A DNA stretch of 63,409 bases, the filler included, from Microthyrium microscopicum (taxonomy: Eukaryota), in NCBI GenBank assembly GCA_010405405.1. It is 6 parts of 4 records of this genome, joined end to end, with 100 filler letters (N's around TTAATTAATTAA, not from the genome) between each part and the next. Parts side by side here need not be neighbours in the genome. Positions count along the whole stretch, not along the records: positions 17,757 to 33,150 come from MU004241.1; positions 33,251 to 36,278 come from MU004242.1; positions 36,379 to 63,409 come from MU004242.1; 3 more parts are not named here. One strand, written 5' to 3'. Below are positions 27,501-41,647 of this stretch, piece by piece (position 1 is the stretch's first letter; each line of letters starts with the position of its first letter). The notes beneath the pieces are model-generated. The model was given only the letters and a program-made list of their open reading frames with translations. It was not told the DNA's origin and searched no databases. Position numbers and translations under genes: made by a program.

Positions 27501-29670
27501 TTATCTAATAAAGAAAATAGTAAGTTTAATAACTAAAATTTAGATAGTATAATAACCTTTTCTATAGTTAAATTAATTACTTTAGTAGCTATAAAGTTAT
27601 TTAGTATAGTAATATCTTTCTTAGTTAAATCTTTAGTATTTATAAGAATATTTACTATAAGTAGTAATAATTCTAAATTATTAGTAGTAAAATTAATAAT
27701 ATTCTTAGTACTAGTAAAATTAATAATATACTTAGAGAAACTTAAAAGTTTAATATAATTAAAAGAAAATAGCTTATTTTAAAAAAATAATATAATTAAA
27801 GAAGCTAGTATAGTTAAAAAGCTATAGTATTTTCTTAAGTAATTAAGAAAACGTTTAGCTATTATTAAATAACTTAATTTTTATAAGATAAAGAATAATA
27901 TAATATAATTTAAAATAGTAGAATTAAGTTTTTATAAATAATAAATTTTAAATAAATAATTAATATTTATAAAAATTAGTACTTATACTTTACTATTTCT
28001 TATTTATATATTACTAGTAGAAGGCTTAAAGTTTTAAGGCTATATAAGTCTATTACTATCTAGAGGTAGTACTTAATCTTATTATATACTCTTTATTTTT
28101 AGCTTAATAATAAGCTTTTTAAGTCTTTAAGAAGATATAGTAGTAGTATTTATAAGTCTAATACTATTTAGAAGTAGTACTTAATCTTATTATATACTCT
28201 TTATCTCTAGCTTAATAATAGGCTCTTTAAGTCCTTAAGAAGAAGTAGTAATAGTATTTATAGATCTAGTACTATTTAAAAATAGTACTTAATCTTATTA
28301 TATATTCTTTATTTTTAGCTTAATAATAAGCTTTTTAAGTTCTTAAGAAAATATAGTAGTAATATTTATAAGTCTAGCGCTATTTAGAAATAATACTTAA
28401 TTTTATTATATAGTCTTTATCTTTAACTTAATAATAAGCTCTTTAAGTCCTTAAGAAAATATAGTAGTAGTATTTATAAATCTAGCGCTATCTAGAAGTA
28501 GTACTTAATTTTATTATATATTCTTTATTTCTAGTTTAATAATAAGCTCTTTAAGTCCTTAAGAAAATATAGTAGTAATATTTATAAGTTTAGTATTATT
28601 TAGAAGTAGTACTTAATCTTATTATATATCCTTTATTTCTATATTAGTAGTAGTATTCTAAGGCTATAATATTTAGACTAGTAAGCTTAAAAAAGTATAA
28701 TATTCTTAGCTACTATCCTTATTAATTACTTTTAAGATTAAAAATAATTTTACTTTTACTTTTTTATATTTAGACTTATCTTTATTTTTTTTACTTAATA
28801 AGCTTATTTATACTAAAGTTTATTATTTTTTATAATTATAAGAATTAGATTTATTTTTAACTTTCTTTTTATTTATAGATATTAAAAGATTATAACTACT
28901 ACTAACTTTTTTTATATTATTCTTATTATTATTATACTTTTACTTTATTTTACTAAGTAGTACTAATAGAAATTCTAAGTCTTCTTTTTTAGAATTATTT
29001 AGATTACTATTTCTATCTATTTTAGAATCTTTATTTAAGCTATTTTTAAAATTCTTATTTAAGCTATCTTTATTATCTTTAATAACTTTACTATCTTTAT
29101 TATTTTTAGTAATTTTATTATTTTTATTAAATTAGTTAGGAATAGAATCTTTATATATATTATATTTATATATTAATAATTTAGTAGTAAAAATAGGTTA
29201 AGTAATTAACTAAGGATCTATATAAGGTTAAGTATAAAATTTCTTATTATATCTACTTTAAAGTAAAGGAGAAGAACTTAAAATAAAAGTAGCTAAGGCT
29301 TTATACTTTTATTTACTAATACTAGTTTATTTTAAGAAAGATTTAACCTAGATAATCTTAAAAATAATCTTTCTTAGTCTATAAAGATTATTATAAGTAA
29401 CTCTAATAAAATTATATATATCTAAACTTATTAAAATAGTTTAATTATCTTATATTTAACCTATACTATAAATTATATCTAAACTTTTAAATAGATTTAA
29501 CTTTAGGCTTATTATACCTTTTAAAGGCTTTATATTAAGCTTAACTATATATTTATAAATATCTATATTTATCTTAAATAAGTTAAAAGAGCCTAGTTTA
29601 TATATATCTTTTAAGTCTAGTATAACCTATTTTTATAAGAAGTTCTTAATAAATACTAGTATAATCATAT
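24600..29670 (-). pseudogene. SNF2-family ATPase relic, second copy (motif I/II region falls in the 26280-27245 gap)
   Basis: Reverse complement of ~48960-54450. The motif V/VI region lies at ~24930-25065. Confidence 0.7.
28060..28645 (-). repeat. 108-bp tandem repeat, 6 core motifs
   Basis: AGTACTTAATCTTATTATA-like core at ~28068, 28176, 28284, 28392, 28500 and 28608. Confidence 0.92.
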
Positions 29671-32600
29671 TAANNNNNNNNNNNNNNNNNNNNNNNNNNN
29701 NNNNNNNNNNNNNNNNNNNNNNNNNNNNNNNNNNNNNNNNNNNNNNNNNNNNNNNNNNNNNNNNNNNNNNNNNNNNNNNNNNNNNNNNNNNNNNNNNNNN
29801 NNNNNNNNNNNNNNNNNNNNNNNNNNNNNNNNNNNNNNNNNNNNNNNNNNNNNNNNNNNNNNNNNNNNNNNNNNNNNNNNNNNNNNNNNNNNNNNNNNNN
29901 NNNNNNNNNNNNNNNNNNNNNNNNNNNNNNNNNNNNNNNNNNNNNNNNNNNNNNNNNNNNNNNNNNNNNNNNNNNNNNNNNNNNNNNNNNNNNNNNNNNN
30001 NNNNNNNNNNNNNNNNNNNNNNNNNNNNNNNNNNNNNNNNNNNNNNNNNNNNNNNNNNNNNNNNNNNNNNNNNNNNNNNNNNNNNNNNNNNNNNNNNNNN
30101 NNNNNNNNNNNNNNNNNNNNNNNNNNNNNNNNNNNNNNNNNNNNNNNNNNNNNNNNNNNNNNNNNNNNNNNNNNNNNNNNNNNNNNNNNNNNNNNNNNNN
30201 NNNNNNNNNNNNNNNNNNNNNNNNNNNNNNNNNNNNNNNNNNNNNNNNNNNNNNNNNNNNNNNNNNNNNNNNNNNNNNNNNNNNNNNNNNNNNNNNNNNN
30301 NNNNNNNNNNNNNNNNNNNNNNNNNNNNNNNNNTTAACTATCTACTTAGCCTACTTATAATCTTCCTAATTATATTTAGAGTTTACTTTATAAATTATCT
30401 TTATTATATTATTTATAAAGTTTAGTATAAATTTATTAATAAAGTTAATAGCGTTAGAAGAAGAAAATTTATTAAATATAGTAAATTAATAGTAAATTAA
30501 AAGTAAAGAATATTTAATAAAAATATATTAAAGCTAATAAGTTAAGTTAACTAAAATATTTATTTAGTACTTTTAAGTAATATTATACTATACCTTTAAA
30601 GTTAGCTATTATAAAATATTATACTTATAAGCTACTATTAGCTAAAAATAAGATTTATACTAAACAAAAGCTAGTTTTAGAAGTTTATATATAAAATACT
30701 AAAACCTTCTAAAGTAAAGATACTAAGGAAATAGCTTATTTAATATTATAATTAATTTTTAAAGAAGAATTATACCTAAAGGCCTTATTAAAGAAATAGT
30801 TAGGTATATAAAAGCCTTAAGCTATAGAATTAAGAATATTAATTTATATCTCTAACTTAAGAAAAAGAATTTAATATCTATAAAGCTAAACTAAAGTAAT
30901 TACTAAGTATATAAAATACTAATAACTAAAGAATAGATAGATTAAAAAAACTTATTTAATCTAGTAATTATAAAGAAGTAGTAAAGTAGAAATATAATAA
31001 TAAGAGAAAAAGTATTAAAAGCCTAAAAAAAAGAAATTTTAAAGTAGTAAAGTAAAACTTAGCTAATATAAGCTTAAACTTAAAAAGAAATCTTAGCCTA
31101 TATAAAGTTAGTTAAGTTTCTAACTTAGTAGTTATAATATAAGGTTTAGTAGTAATTATAATAAAATAGAAAACTATAATTAATATCTATATTTATACTT
31201 AATATTTAAGAAAAAAGGAGTAGTCTTTTTTAACCTTAAGAGCTATATAATTATTATATATAAGCTTTAATAAAGTTTCTATCTATTTAATTAGAAAATT
31301 CTATACTAAAAAAAAAAATATTTTTATTTTTTTATTACTATTTTATAATTACTAAATTAAATAAGTTCTTCTAAATCTATTTTATATTTAATTATTATAT
31401 ATAAAATAGTATAATTTTATAATAACTTTATTAATAAATAAATTTCTAGTTATATTTTTAATAAAGAGAGTAATTCTTTACTTTATTTTTATAACTTTTT
31501 TCTTACTACTATTTTTTTTTCTTACTATTTTTTATAATTATAAAAATTAAATAAGTTTTTTTAAATAATTTTTTAAGTTTATTCTTTTATAAATAGTATA
31601 GCTTAATAACTTAAAGTTTAAGCTAAATAGCTAATTTTTAGTAATTATACCTTTAAGCTTTAATATAGTAAATAAGTTATTATTTTTATTATTATTATTT
31701 ATCTTTTCTTCTTAATACTTCTTCTTTCTTAAAAAAGATACTACCTAAATTCTTTATATCTTCTATCTTTTCTTTAGCTCTTACTTTATTTATTATAAAT
31801 ATAGCTACTTATAATACTTTATATACTTAATAATTAATATATAATTATAATAACTAAATCTATAGCTAAAATATAAGTAAAAATAAAATTCTTACTAAGA
31901 TCTCTAATTATTTAGCTATTATAATTTTAAAACTTTTTCCTAATTAGTATAAAACTTATACTCTTTATAAAGATAATAAGCTAAATAATTTTAAAGCTAT
32001 TAAAATATAAGTTTAAAGAAATTTATTTCTTTATTCTTAGCTAATTACTTATATAAACTAGATTTTATAGCTATCTCTACCTATTTAACTAAAAAGGATC
32101 CTTTACTTATATTCTTAGACTTAAATAAATAAAATTCTAAGACTAAGAATAAAAGTAAAATAAAAGTTTAGAATAGTTTAAAAGCTTCTAAATATACTTT
32201 TATACTAATATCTTAAATAAATTCTAAGAATTCTTAATATACTATTTATAATCTTATAGTAAATCTATTTAATAATAAGCTTTTAATTTAATAAATTTAT
32301 AACTTATAAGTATATTTAGGTAAGTCTTATCTAGAAAATATACTAAAGAAAAATCTAAAAATAGCTCTTAATAAAAATAATTTAATTAATAAAGTAAATT
32401 AATACTTAAATAATAATATTAATAATAAAGTTAATTAAAATAGTACTACTAATAAGCTTAAATATATATATAAATTAAAAAAGAAGCGTTAATAAGCTAT
32501 AGTTTTTAATTTTAAAATATAATTCTTTATAATAAAAAATAATAAATAAGTTACTTAGTTTATATTAATCTTAACTATTTACTTATATCTTAAAGATAAG

Positions 32601-33150
32601 AAAAAGACTTCTAAAGTTAATAAGAATAGAAATAATATATAGAAAAATATTATAACTTTAATAGTTAAAACTATTTACTTTTTACTAAATAATTTAATTA
32701 TAAAGAAGAAAAAGATAAACTAAATAATTACTAAGTTTTTTATAATTATTTTAAAAAAGTAACTTATTTAATTAGCTTATAAAATTAATTAAAATATTAA
32801 ATACTATAGAAGTATACTAACTATAAGCTATATAACTATACTTACTATTAAGATATATCCTAACTTATTAAATAACTTTTTTTAAGTTTACTTTACTATA
32901 ACTAGTAATTTAATAATTAGTAGTAAAAATACTAAATTTAACTTACTTTTTTACTATTTTTAATATATTATTTAGAATTAGTACTCTATAGTCTTTTAGT
33001 TCTTTAGAGTTAATACTAACCTAGCTATACTTATAAAAAAGAATCTTTCTTAGTTAATTACTTAAGGTATATAAATTAATCTAGATATTATTTTTACTAA
33101 TATTAATTATTTATTTATAAATAATATTTTTAGCTTATAGAAGAGTTATA

Positions 33151-33250
33151 NNNNNNNNNNNNNNNNNNNNNNNNNNNNNNNNNNNNNNNNNNNNTTAATT
33201 AATTAANNNNNNNNNNNNNNNNNNNNNNNNNNNNNNNNNNNNNNNNNNNN
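33151..33250. other. Artificial scaffold-concatenation spacer
   Basis: N44-TTAATTAATTAA (33195-33206)-N44. Confidence 0.97.
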
Positions 33251-36200
33251 TATAATACTACTAAGTTCCTAAATAATAAATAAAGATATTAGAGTAGTAA
33301 CTTTAGAGTAAAATTCTATTATCTATATAAATTACTATTATTATTAATAAGTTTTCTGCTTCTTATTTAATATACTATTTCTCTTCTATAAGATTTTATT
33401 AAAGAAAACATTATATTAATACTATTTTATTATTAATATAATGCTACTTTAAGTATTATAAGTTATTACTTAAATTTATTTATAGAGAGGAAAGAATTTA
33501 TACCTTAGTAATATACTACTACGCGTTATTATTATTATTATTATTATATAATTAGTATATATTTATAGTATAATGCTTATAAGAATACTATTAAGGTAAT
33601 ATAGTAATATTTACCTTAATACTAGTACTATAATTACTTTTTTATAGTACTGCCCTAAGGCTATTCTACTTTTATAGCAGCTATACGTTAACTTTTTAAG
33701 AAATAATATTACGTTAATACTATTTTATTATTAATATAATACTACTTTAAGTTCTATAAGTTATTACTTAAACTTATTTAAAAATAGAGAAGAGCTTATA
33801 TCTTAGTAGTAGGAAATTAAGAGAGTTAGAAAGAGGGTTTAGCTTTAGTACTTTAGCGCTCTAATATAGTATTAATAAATATAAGCTAGAGTATATTAAA
33901 TAAGGTATTAATAAGTCTAAAAATCTTAATAACTTTTTGCTTTAGTATATAGTTTAGCTTAATTTTAGTTATAAGTTTATTATATATTATAGCTACTATA
34001 AATAACTACTTATTTAATTTAAATAATAGTAATAAGTATCTAAACATAATATACAATATAATAGCTATAGGTATAAGTAAGAAAGAGTATAATAGAGTAT
34101 AGGAGACGTATTAAGAATATTAGTAGAAGATAGAGCGTATAAGAGTTAAGTTTAGTTTAATAATAGTAATATTTTAGTAAGTTTTAGTTTAGTTACGACT
34201 TTAGAGATATTTAGCCCTAAACCTATTAATAGTACTATCTAATATTTTTCTCTATTTAGGTACTAAAAGCTTTTATAATATTATTATTAAGCTACTAAAG
34301 AATAATAACTTCTAAATCTTCTAAAAAAGCTCTTCTTACTAGCTACTAAAGATAAAAACTACTTTCCTCTATATTACTATTAATAAAAAGTTATAATTAA
34401 GCTTATTACGCTAGTTCTATTACCTAAAGAATTAAACACTTTCTAGTTAGTAGCTATTAAGTTTATTATTAAGAACTAGCTTTATTATAGTAAATTAAGC
34501 TATAAAAAATTCCTTGCTCTACTTATAGCTTTAAGTCTTAATATTATAACGTATAATAAATACTTCTATTAGATATATATTTAGTATAAGAAAGCTAAAT
34601 ATACTAAGTAAAGTACTTAGTTATTATATCTTTTTAATAATATAATATAGAAAGATACTTAAACCTTTAGAGTCTCTTATCCTTATTAATAGCTTCTATA
34701 TTTTATTTTAGAAGTACTCTAAATAATAAATACTATCTCTTTAACGCGTATTAGGATATTATAATTCTAGACTAATAAGGTATAGTAACTATCTTAAAAA
34801 TAAGGCTTTATAAGCTATACTTATACTAGCTATAAAAATAAATTAGTAGTATTATAATACTTATAAATTAATAATTAAACTAGATACTAGCTACTACTAT
34901 ATATAGTAAGCTATACTTTTTAAGTTTCTATCTTATACTAATATACTAGAAAATTAGTTATAAATATAATTAATTAGTTCTACTATATCTATAGTGTTAA
35001 GTAGAAAAAGTATTACTATCTATAGTAAGATAAGAATTAATTAGTTACTAAAGTTAACGTAATTATTAATTAAGAGCTAGCTAGAAGACGATAAATAGTA
35101 TTAGTAAAGTAGGTTTAACGTATAGAAGAGGTAAGATAAGAGCTAATTAACTAATATTAATATACTTATCTATAATAACTTAAGAAGATTAGGTACTAAC
35201 GTTTAGAATACACTATACTAAAAGAAACTTAGCTTTATATCTACTAAGATATAAAGAGTAGATCTAAAAGCTCTAACTATAAAGTTTTACTTACTTAAAG
35301 ATAGAGAAATTAAAGATATTCTAATAGAATTATAAATTTTATTAGGCTTATATTAAACTCTTACTTCTATTTTTCTTAAATAGCGTATTATTTATACTTA
35401 TATTTTATCCTTTTTTCTTATTTATTTAAAAAGAGATACTTTATATCTTTATATAATAATTATTTTCTTATTATAAGCTTTACTATTTATAGCTAAGAAA
35501 AGAAGATTTCTACTATACTTTAATTAGACTATAATATAGTATATATTATATAGATAGCTATAAATTTAGCGCTTTATAAATATTTTAATATATATTAAAA
35601 TACTATGCCTATATCTTCTCCTTTATTATTAATATTAGTACTAATAGCCTAACTACTTTTAGAAGAACGCTAAGGCCTTACTTAAGGATCTAGTTTTTAC
35701 GTACTTATATAGTAACGACTTGCTTATCTACTTCTAGAACTATATTTTATTAAGAAGAGTCTAGTAATATAGTATTTATAAGTTAGCTAATAGTCTATTT
35801 AGTAGAACTAAGGTTTTATTAATAGGTAGTATAAGAGTTTAGATAGACTTTATACTTAAGTTTAGTTTAATTAGTTTCTAAGAAAAATTCTATATCTAAG
35901 TCTAGGGTATTATTATTATTTTCTTTTAGCTTAAGAGTTAATTTAGTTAGTATAATAGCTTTAAGGAGTTAAGGAGTAATTTAGAATTCTAGGTATTTAT
36001 AATTTATATTTTTTAAATAGAAGTATACTTTAAATAAAGGTACTAAGAGAGTTAAGTATAGTTTTTAGTTATCTTAAAGACTATAGTATATAGTTTATAG
36101 TAGAATTAAACGAAAAATATAATAGTATTATAATAAGTAGTAATAAAGCTATTAATTAATTAAGTAAGTTATTATAAATAAAGAAGGTTATTAGAAACTA

Positions 36201-36278
36201 AGATAATAAAGATATATAATAAAGGTAAATAGCTACTATTTTAATTATTATTATAAGTAGTAGATAATTATTAAGTAA
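33251..36278. repeat. RIP-degenerated repeat DNA (scaffold 5), family not identified; contains a ~115-bp direct repeat (~33400-33512 and ~33697-33810)
   Basis: RIP signature. TTAATACTATTTTATTATTAATATAAT..CTACTTTAAG..TATAAGTTATTACTTAAA occurs twice about 297 bp apart. Confidence 0.6.
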
Positions 36279-36378
36279 NNNNNNNNNNNNNNNNNNNNNN
36301 NNNNNNNNNNNNNNNNNNNNNNTTAATTAATTAANNNNNNNNNNNNNNNNNNNNNNNNNNNNNNNNNNNNNNNNNNNN
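36279..36378. other. Artificial scaffold-concatenation spacer
   Basis: N44-TTAATTAATTAA (36323-36334)-N44. Confidence 0.97.
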
Positions 36379-38900
36379 AATAGAATAATTATAAGATAAG
36401 TTTCTTTAGATATAATCTTCTTCTTAGTAATATTATAGACTTAATAGTTATAATTATTATTATTATTCTAGATTATATTCTTAATATAATTAGTAAGATA
36501 GTAGATTATCTAAACGTACTAACTAGGTTAAAAGTTAGTCTATTTTGCTACTAGTATAGTATACTCCTAATATAATTTTTTTATAATACTAGAACTAGTT
36601 CTATCTATAGTACTAAATATATAAATAGATAGTATAAGATAGATTAGGTTATAAAACTTAAGAAAATTAAGCTTTTTAAATCTAGCTTAAAGAGTCTTAT
36701 ACTTATATATTACTATTTTAGTATATTTTATAATTTATAAATAGACTTATATATATTTAAGTATATTCTTATTATGTAACTTATAGCTAGAAAGTATAAT
36801 AATATTTATTAAAGCTTTAATAAATTTTATTAATTAAGTCTTTTAGGATTAAGAGTAGAGCTAAGGTAGCTATAAGTTACTTTAAAAGTACTTATAATTT
36901 TAGGCTAGTCTTCTATTAAATATTATAGTAGCCTTAGGCTATCCTTAAAAAGTTTAGATAAATAGGATATTATAGAAACTTATAGTTAATTATAGACTTT
37001 ACTTTTATACTAAATATAGACTTCTTTTTTTTCTTTTTTTACTTAGTCTTTAGTATATTATTATCTTTTCTCTTAATCTTTAGCGTTTTATAAGTATAAG
37101 TCTTTTATATAGCTCTATTATTTTTTATTTTAGCTACTAGTACTATAGATATTACTAATACTCTCTTTTTTAAAATAATTTAGGCTATTTAGTCTATTAC
37201 TTACTTAACTAGTCTATTTAAAAAGAATATATATAGTAAATTAAAAGTAATTACTATATAAATATTTAATAAAAGATAATTCTAAGTAAAATTATAAATT
37301 TTATAAATATAATTTTTATCTTTAGTATTATTAGTAGTAGTAAGTTACTTAGTATGCTCTTTTTTTTAATTAGTATAGTAAAGTGCTTTTTACTTTAATA
37401 TATTTTCTTATAAAGTTATATAAGTCTAATAAGCTTATTTATTAGTAAGGTTTTATTAATATAATTATAGTACTAAGTAAATAGAATAGTAATATTTAGA
37501 CTAAATACTTATAATTATAATAAGCTCTTTATAATCTATGTTTATATAAGTAAGAATTAGAAAATACCTTTAAAACTAGCTATTAGTAGTTACTATAATA
37601 TAATTACTCTTAGAGACTATTCTAAGTTTTATATTTTATTAGTAAATAGCTTTATAATACTTAAATATGTAGTATTAAACTTTTAAATATAATATTTATA
37701 GCGTTATAAAATATTTTAAGTTTACTATTAATATTTATACCTTTTAGCTTAAGAAGTATTATAATAAAAAAAAATCTTAGTCTTCTTATAGCTCTTTTAA
37801 TACTTCCTAATAGATTAAAAATAGTTATATAGTAAGCCTATATATAGTTATTACTATATTATTTAGATATTATAATCTTATTTAACCTCTAATAGATAAA
37901 GATAAATATAATACCTAAATTAACTTTATCTTATAATTCTTACTATCTTTTTACTAATTAAGTATTAGTATAGATATACTTACTATCTTTATCCTTTTAT
38001 ATTATAGGCTTAAAGTAGAAGTTTTTAGTAAAAGGCCTATAAAAGATAAAGAATTTAATAACCTTTAAGATACTCTAAAAGTATATTTTAACTTTATTAC
38101 CTAAAAGATTTTTAATACCTTTTATTTTGTTATATAGTAGCTCCTTAAGTATTACTTCTTACTAGCTAGGTATAAAGCTTTTAAGGTTATTAATATTTTC
38201 TATTAGTAATTTATAATCCTTTACCTTCTAATTAAGTAAGTTACGTATTTTACTTTTAAAGGCTATTCTTTAAAATAACTTATTTATCTTATTTTTTAAT
38301 ATACTACTAAAAACTACCTAACTAGTAAATTCTAGTTCTTTTTTTAGTTAACTTTATAGCTTTATTCCTCTATAAAGCTTTTTTTTTTCTAAATAATAAT
38401 ATTAGTACTCTATCTTAATAGTATCTTAAGGTAGTAGCTTATACTTATTAATTTAGTTATAGCTTTTATTAGTTTTATAGGTTAGTATAGGTATATTTAC
38501 TAAATATTTTAGATTTTATTATAAGTATATAATAATTTTATTAACTATATATTATATATTACTCTTAGATTTTTAAAACTTATTAGCCTTATTTATTTTA
38601 TTTTATAAACTACGTTTATATTATATTAGAGTAGTAACTCTTTCTATAGCTTTAAGGGTAGCTAAAAATAAGGGTATAGTAAAAGGTATAATTATTTTAT
38701 CTTTTATTATAAACGTTTTAGATATAGTATAATTATAACTAGGACGAGTAGTAGATTTTATATTAGTAGAGAGACTATTTGTAAAGGGTTCTCTTATTAA
38801 AGTTTTTATTACTAGTATTAACCTTTATATTTAATTAAAGAGCTTTTAGAAGTAATTATAAGAGTTTATAATAAAGAGGAATTATATATTATTTAGAAGA
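36379..38900 (-). pseudogene. Plavaka-family (CACTA/CMC-related) transposase, RIP-inactivated; 3' end runs off the scaffold
   Basis: De-RIP reading of the minus strand gives, in order: ELEFASW (~38315-38340); VIxFFIxxRPF..F.P...DxDGKxIYT...RWWELQD (~37920-38065); GSDKTxxS...WAYYMTIxNL (~37810-37890); ADGxFRRCFPILA..xDYEE...CPICLV (~37470-37590); FDSLH (~37228-37245); QxTGPELQALLKQL (~36875-36920); and FPKFHNLxH...IRxFGxxDGxSS..xEKLH...RTN...YxQM (~36505-36670). This follows the conserved motif order of Plavaka transposases. Confidence 0.78.
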
Positions 38901-39019
38901 CTTAATATATCTATATTTAAAAAGATTAGTTTATAAAAATAATAATATAACTTATTTAGGTTAAATATATACTAAGGAATTAAAACGTATAAGTTAGATA
39001 TATCTATATCTAATTACCT

Positions 39020-41647
39020 TCCTTTATTATTATACGTAATATTAGAAGGGTTATATTAATATATTAACTTCTATATCTATTTTATCCTTATTAATTTTTA
39101 AAGATATAGGTATATCTTTAGTATATAAGTAGTAAATCTAGTATTAAATTTATACTAGTAATAACTAGTATTTAATTTTACTTAGTATTTTAAGGCTTAA
39201 GTAGTAAAATTAACTCTTAAAAATATTACTTAATAATATTTTATTATATATATAATATACTTTTACTTACTAGATATTTCTAGATATACTAAATATTTCT
39301 AAATATTCTAGATAGCTAGTACTAAGACTAAGTAGAAGTATTAGCTAATCTTATATAACTAATAGATTATAATATTATGCTAGAGATATATTATATAACT
39401 TTATATTATTAATTACTAGCTTAGTAAATTAATTTTTTTAGTAATAGTACTATTCTATTTACTTTTCTAGTCTAACTTCCTTATATATTTTTTTTTATTA
39501 AATTTTTTTATCTATATAATTTCTTTATCTTAAACTTTTTTTCTATTTAGTATTAACTATTATACTATCTAAGTTAGTTAATTAATTAGCTAAATAAACT
39601 TTATTTTAAACTTAAATCTTCTTACTATCCTTTTTCTTATTACTATTCCTTACTACTAATTTTTATTAACTTTATCTTTTTTATTAACTTTATTAGCTTT
39701 AAATTCTTTACCTTTAGGTTTAAAACTATAAAATAAGGTTAGTTCTATAAGATTTCTAATTACTTTTAGTTCTTTAAGTATAATAATTTTAATCTTCTTA
39801 TATATATTTAGCTCTTTTTTATAATAAGAAACTACCTTATTAAAGTTAAGAATATTAAGTTTCTTTAAATTCTAATAAGAGTAATTATTAGCAAATAGTA
39901 TATACTATATATAGCTATTATTAATAAAATACTTTAGTAATCTACTAAGTATAGATTATTTAAACTTTTCTTATTTCTTAATATTAGGAGCTATTATAGT
40001 ACTATAAAGCTTTAAGTTACTAAAGAATAAAAATAAGTAACTCTAAAATACTATAGTATTTATTTATAAGTTTTTTATAAAAAAACTAGTATAATCTTTT
40101 TAAATAAGATTAATAAAATTCTAATTATACTTAGTACTAGAGCTATTATTATAGATAGTTATTAGAACTTAGCTAAATTATAAAGATATATCTTAATAGT
40201 TTTACTAAATATATATATAATTATTTTAAATATATATAATAACCTATTTAAGTAGCTAACCTTTAGTTTTAGTATAGAGGCTAGTTTACGTAAAGTAAAG
40301 AGTAATAATTATAGTATTAATACCTTTTNNNNNNNNNNTCCTTTATTATTATACGTAATATTAGAAGGGTTATATTAATATATTAACTTCTATATCTATT
40401 TTATCCTTATTAATTTTTAAAGATATAGATATATTCTTAATATATAAGTAATAAATCTAGTATTAAATTTATACTAGTAATAACTAGCGTTTAATTTTGC
40501 TTAGTATTCTAAGGCTTAAGTAGTAGAGTTAACTCTTAAGAATATTACTTAATAATATTTTATTATATATATAATATACCTTTACTTATTAGATATTTTT
40601 AGACGTGCTAGATATTTCTAAATATTCTAAATAGCTAGTATTAAGACTAAGTAGGAGTATTAGCTAATCTTATATAACTAATAGGTTATAATATTATACT
40701 AAAGACGCGTCGTATAACTTTATATTATTAATTACTAGCTTAGTAAGTTAACTTTTCTAGTAATAGTACTATTCTATTTACTTTTCTAGTCTAACTCCCT
40801 TATATATTTTTTTTTATTAAATTTTTCTATCTATATAACTTTTTTATTTTAAATCCTTTTTCTATTTAGTATTAACTATTATACTATCTAAGTTAATTAA
40901 TTAATTAGCTAAATAAACTTTACTTTAAACTTAAACCTTTTTACTATCTTTTTCCTTATTACTATTTCTTACTACTAATCTTTACTAACTTTACCTTCTT
41001 TATTAGCTTTATTAGCTTTAAATTCTTTACTCTTAGGTTTAAAACTATAAAGTAAGATTAGTCCTATAAGATTTTTAATTACTTTTAGTTCTTTAAGTAT
41101 AATAGTTTTAATTTCTTTATATATATTTAGCTCTTTCTTATAATAAGAAACTACTCTATTAAAGTTAAGAATATTAAGTTTCTCTAGATTCTAATAGAAG
41201 TAATTATTAGTAAATAGTATATACTATATATAGCTATTATTAATAAAATGCTTTAGTAATTTACTAAGTATAAATTATTTAAACTCCTTCTATCTCTTAG
41301 TACTAAGAGCTATTATAGTACTATAAAGCTTTAAGTTACTAAAGAATAAGGATAAGTAGCTTTAAGATACTATAGTATTTATTTATAGGTTTTCTATAAA
41401 GAAACTAGTATAATTTTTTTAAATAAGATTAATAAGATTCTAATTATACTTAGTACTAAAGCTATTATTATAGATAGTTATTAAAACTTAGCTAAATTAT
41501 AAAGGTATATCTTAATAGTCTTACTAGATATATATATAATTATCCTAAATATACATAATAACCTATTTAAGTAGCTAACCTTTAGTTTTAGTATAAAGGC
41601 TAGTTTATATAAGATAAGGAGTAATAATTATAATATTAACGCCTTTT
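39020..41647 (+). repeat. ~1.31-kb tandem duplication (39020-40328 and 40339-41647) flanking a 10-N gap
   Basis: The copies are colinear end to end, identical for the first ~110 bp, then differ by many C/T and G/A changes. Confidence 0.92.

Larger units (their letters stand above)
17757..33150 (-). mobile_element. Second, inverted and more heavily RIP-mutated copy of the large repeat at ~44915-61063
   Basis: Reverse-complement colinear anchors: 17947 to 61063, 18301-18660 to 60361-60720, ~20320-26279 to ~52760-58530, 27246-29670 to ~48960-51540, and 30335-33150 to ~44915-47765. Differences are mostly transitions. Confidence 0.92.
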
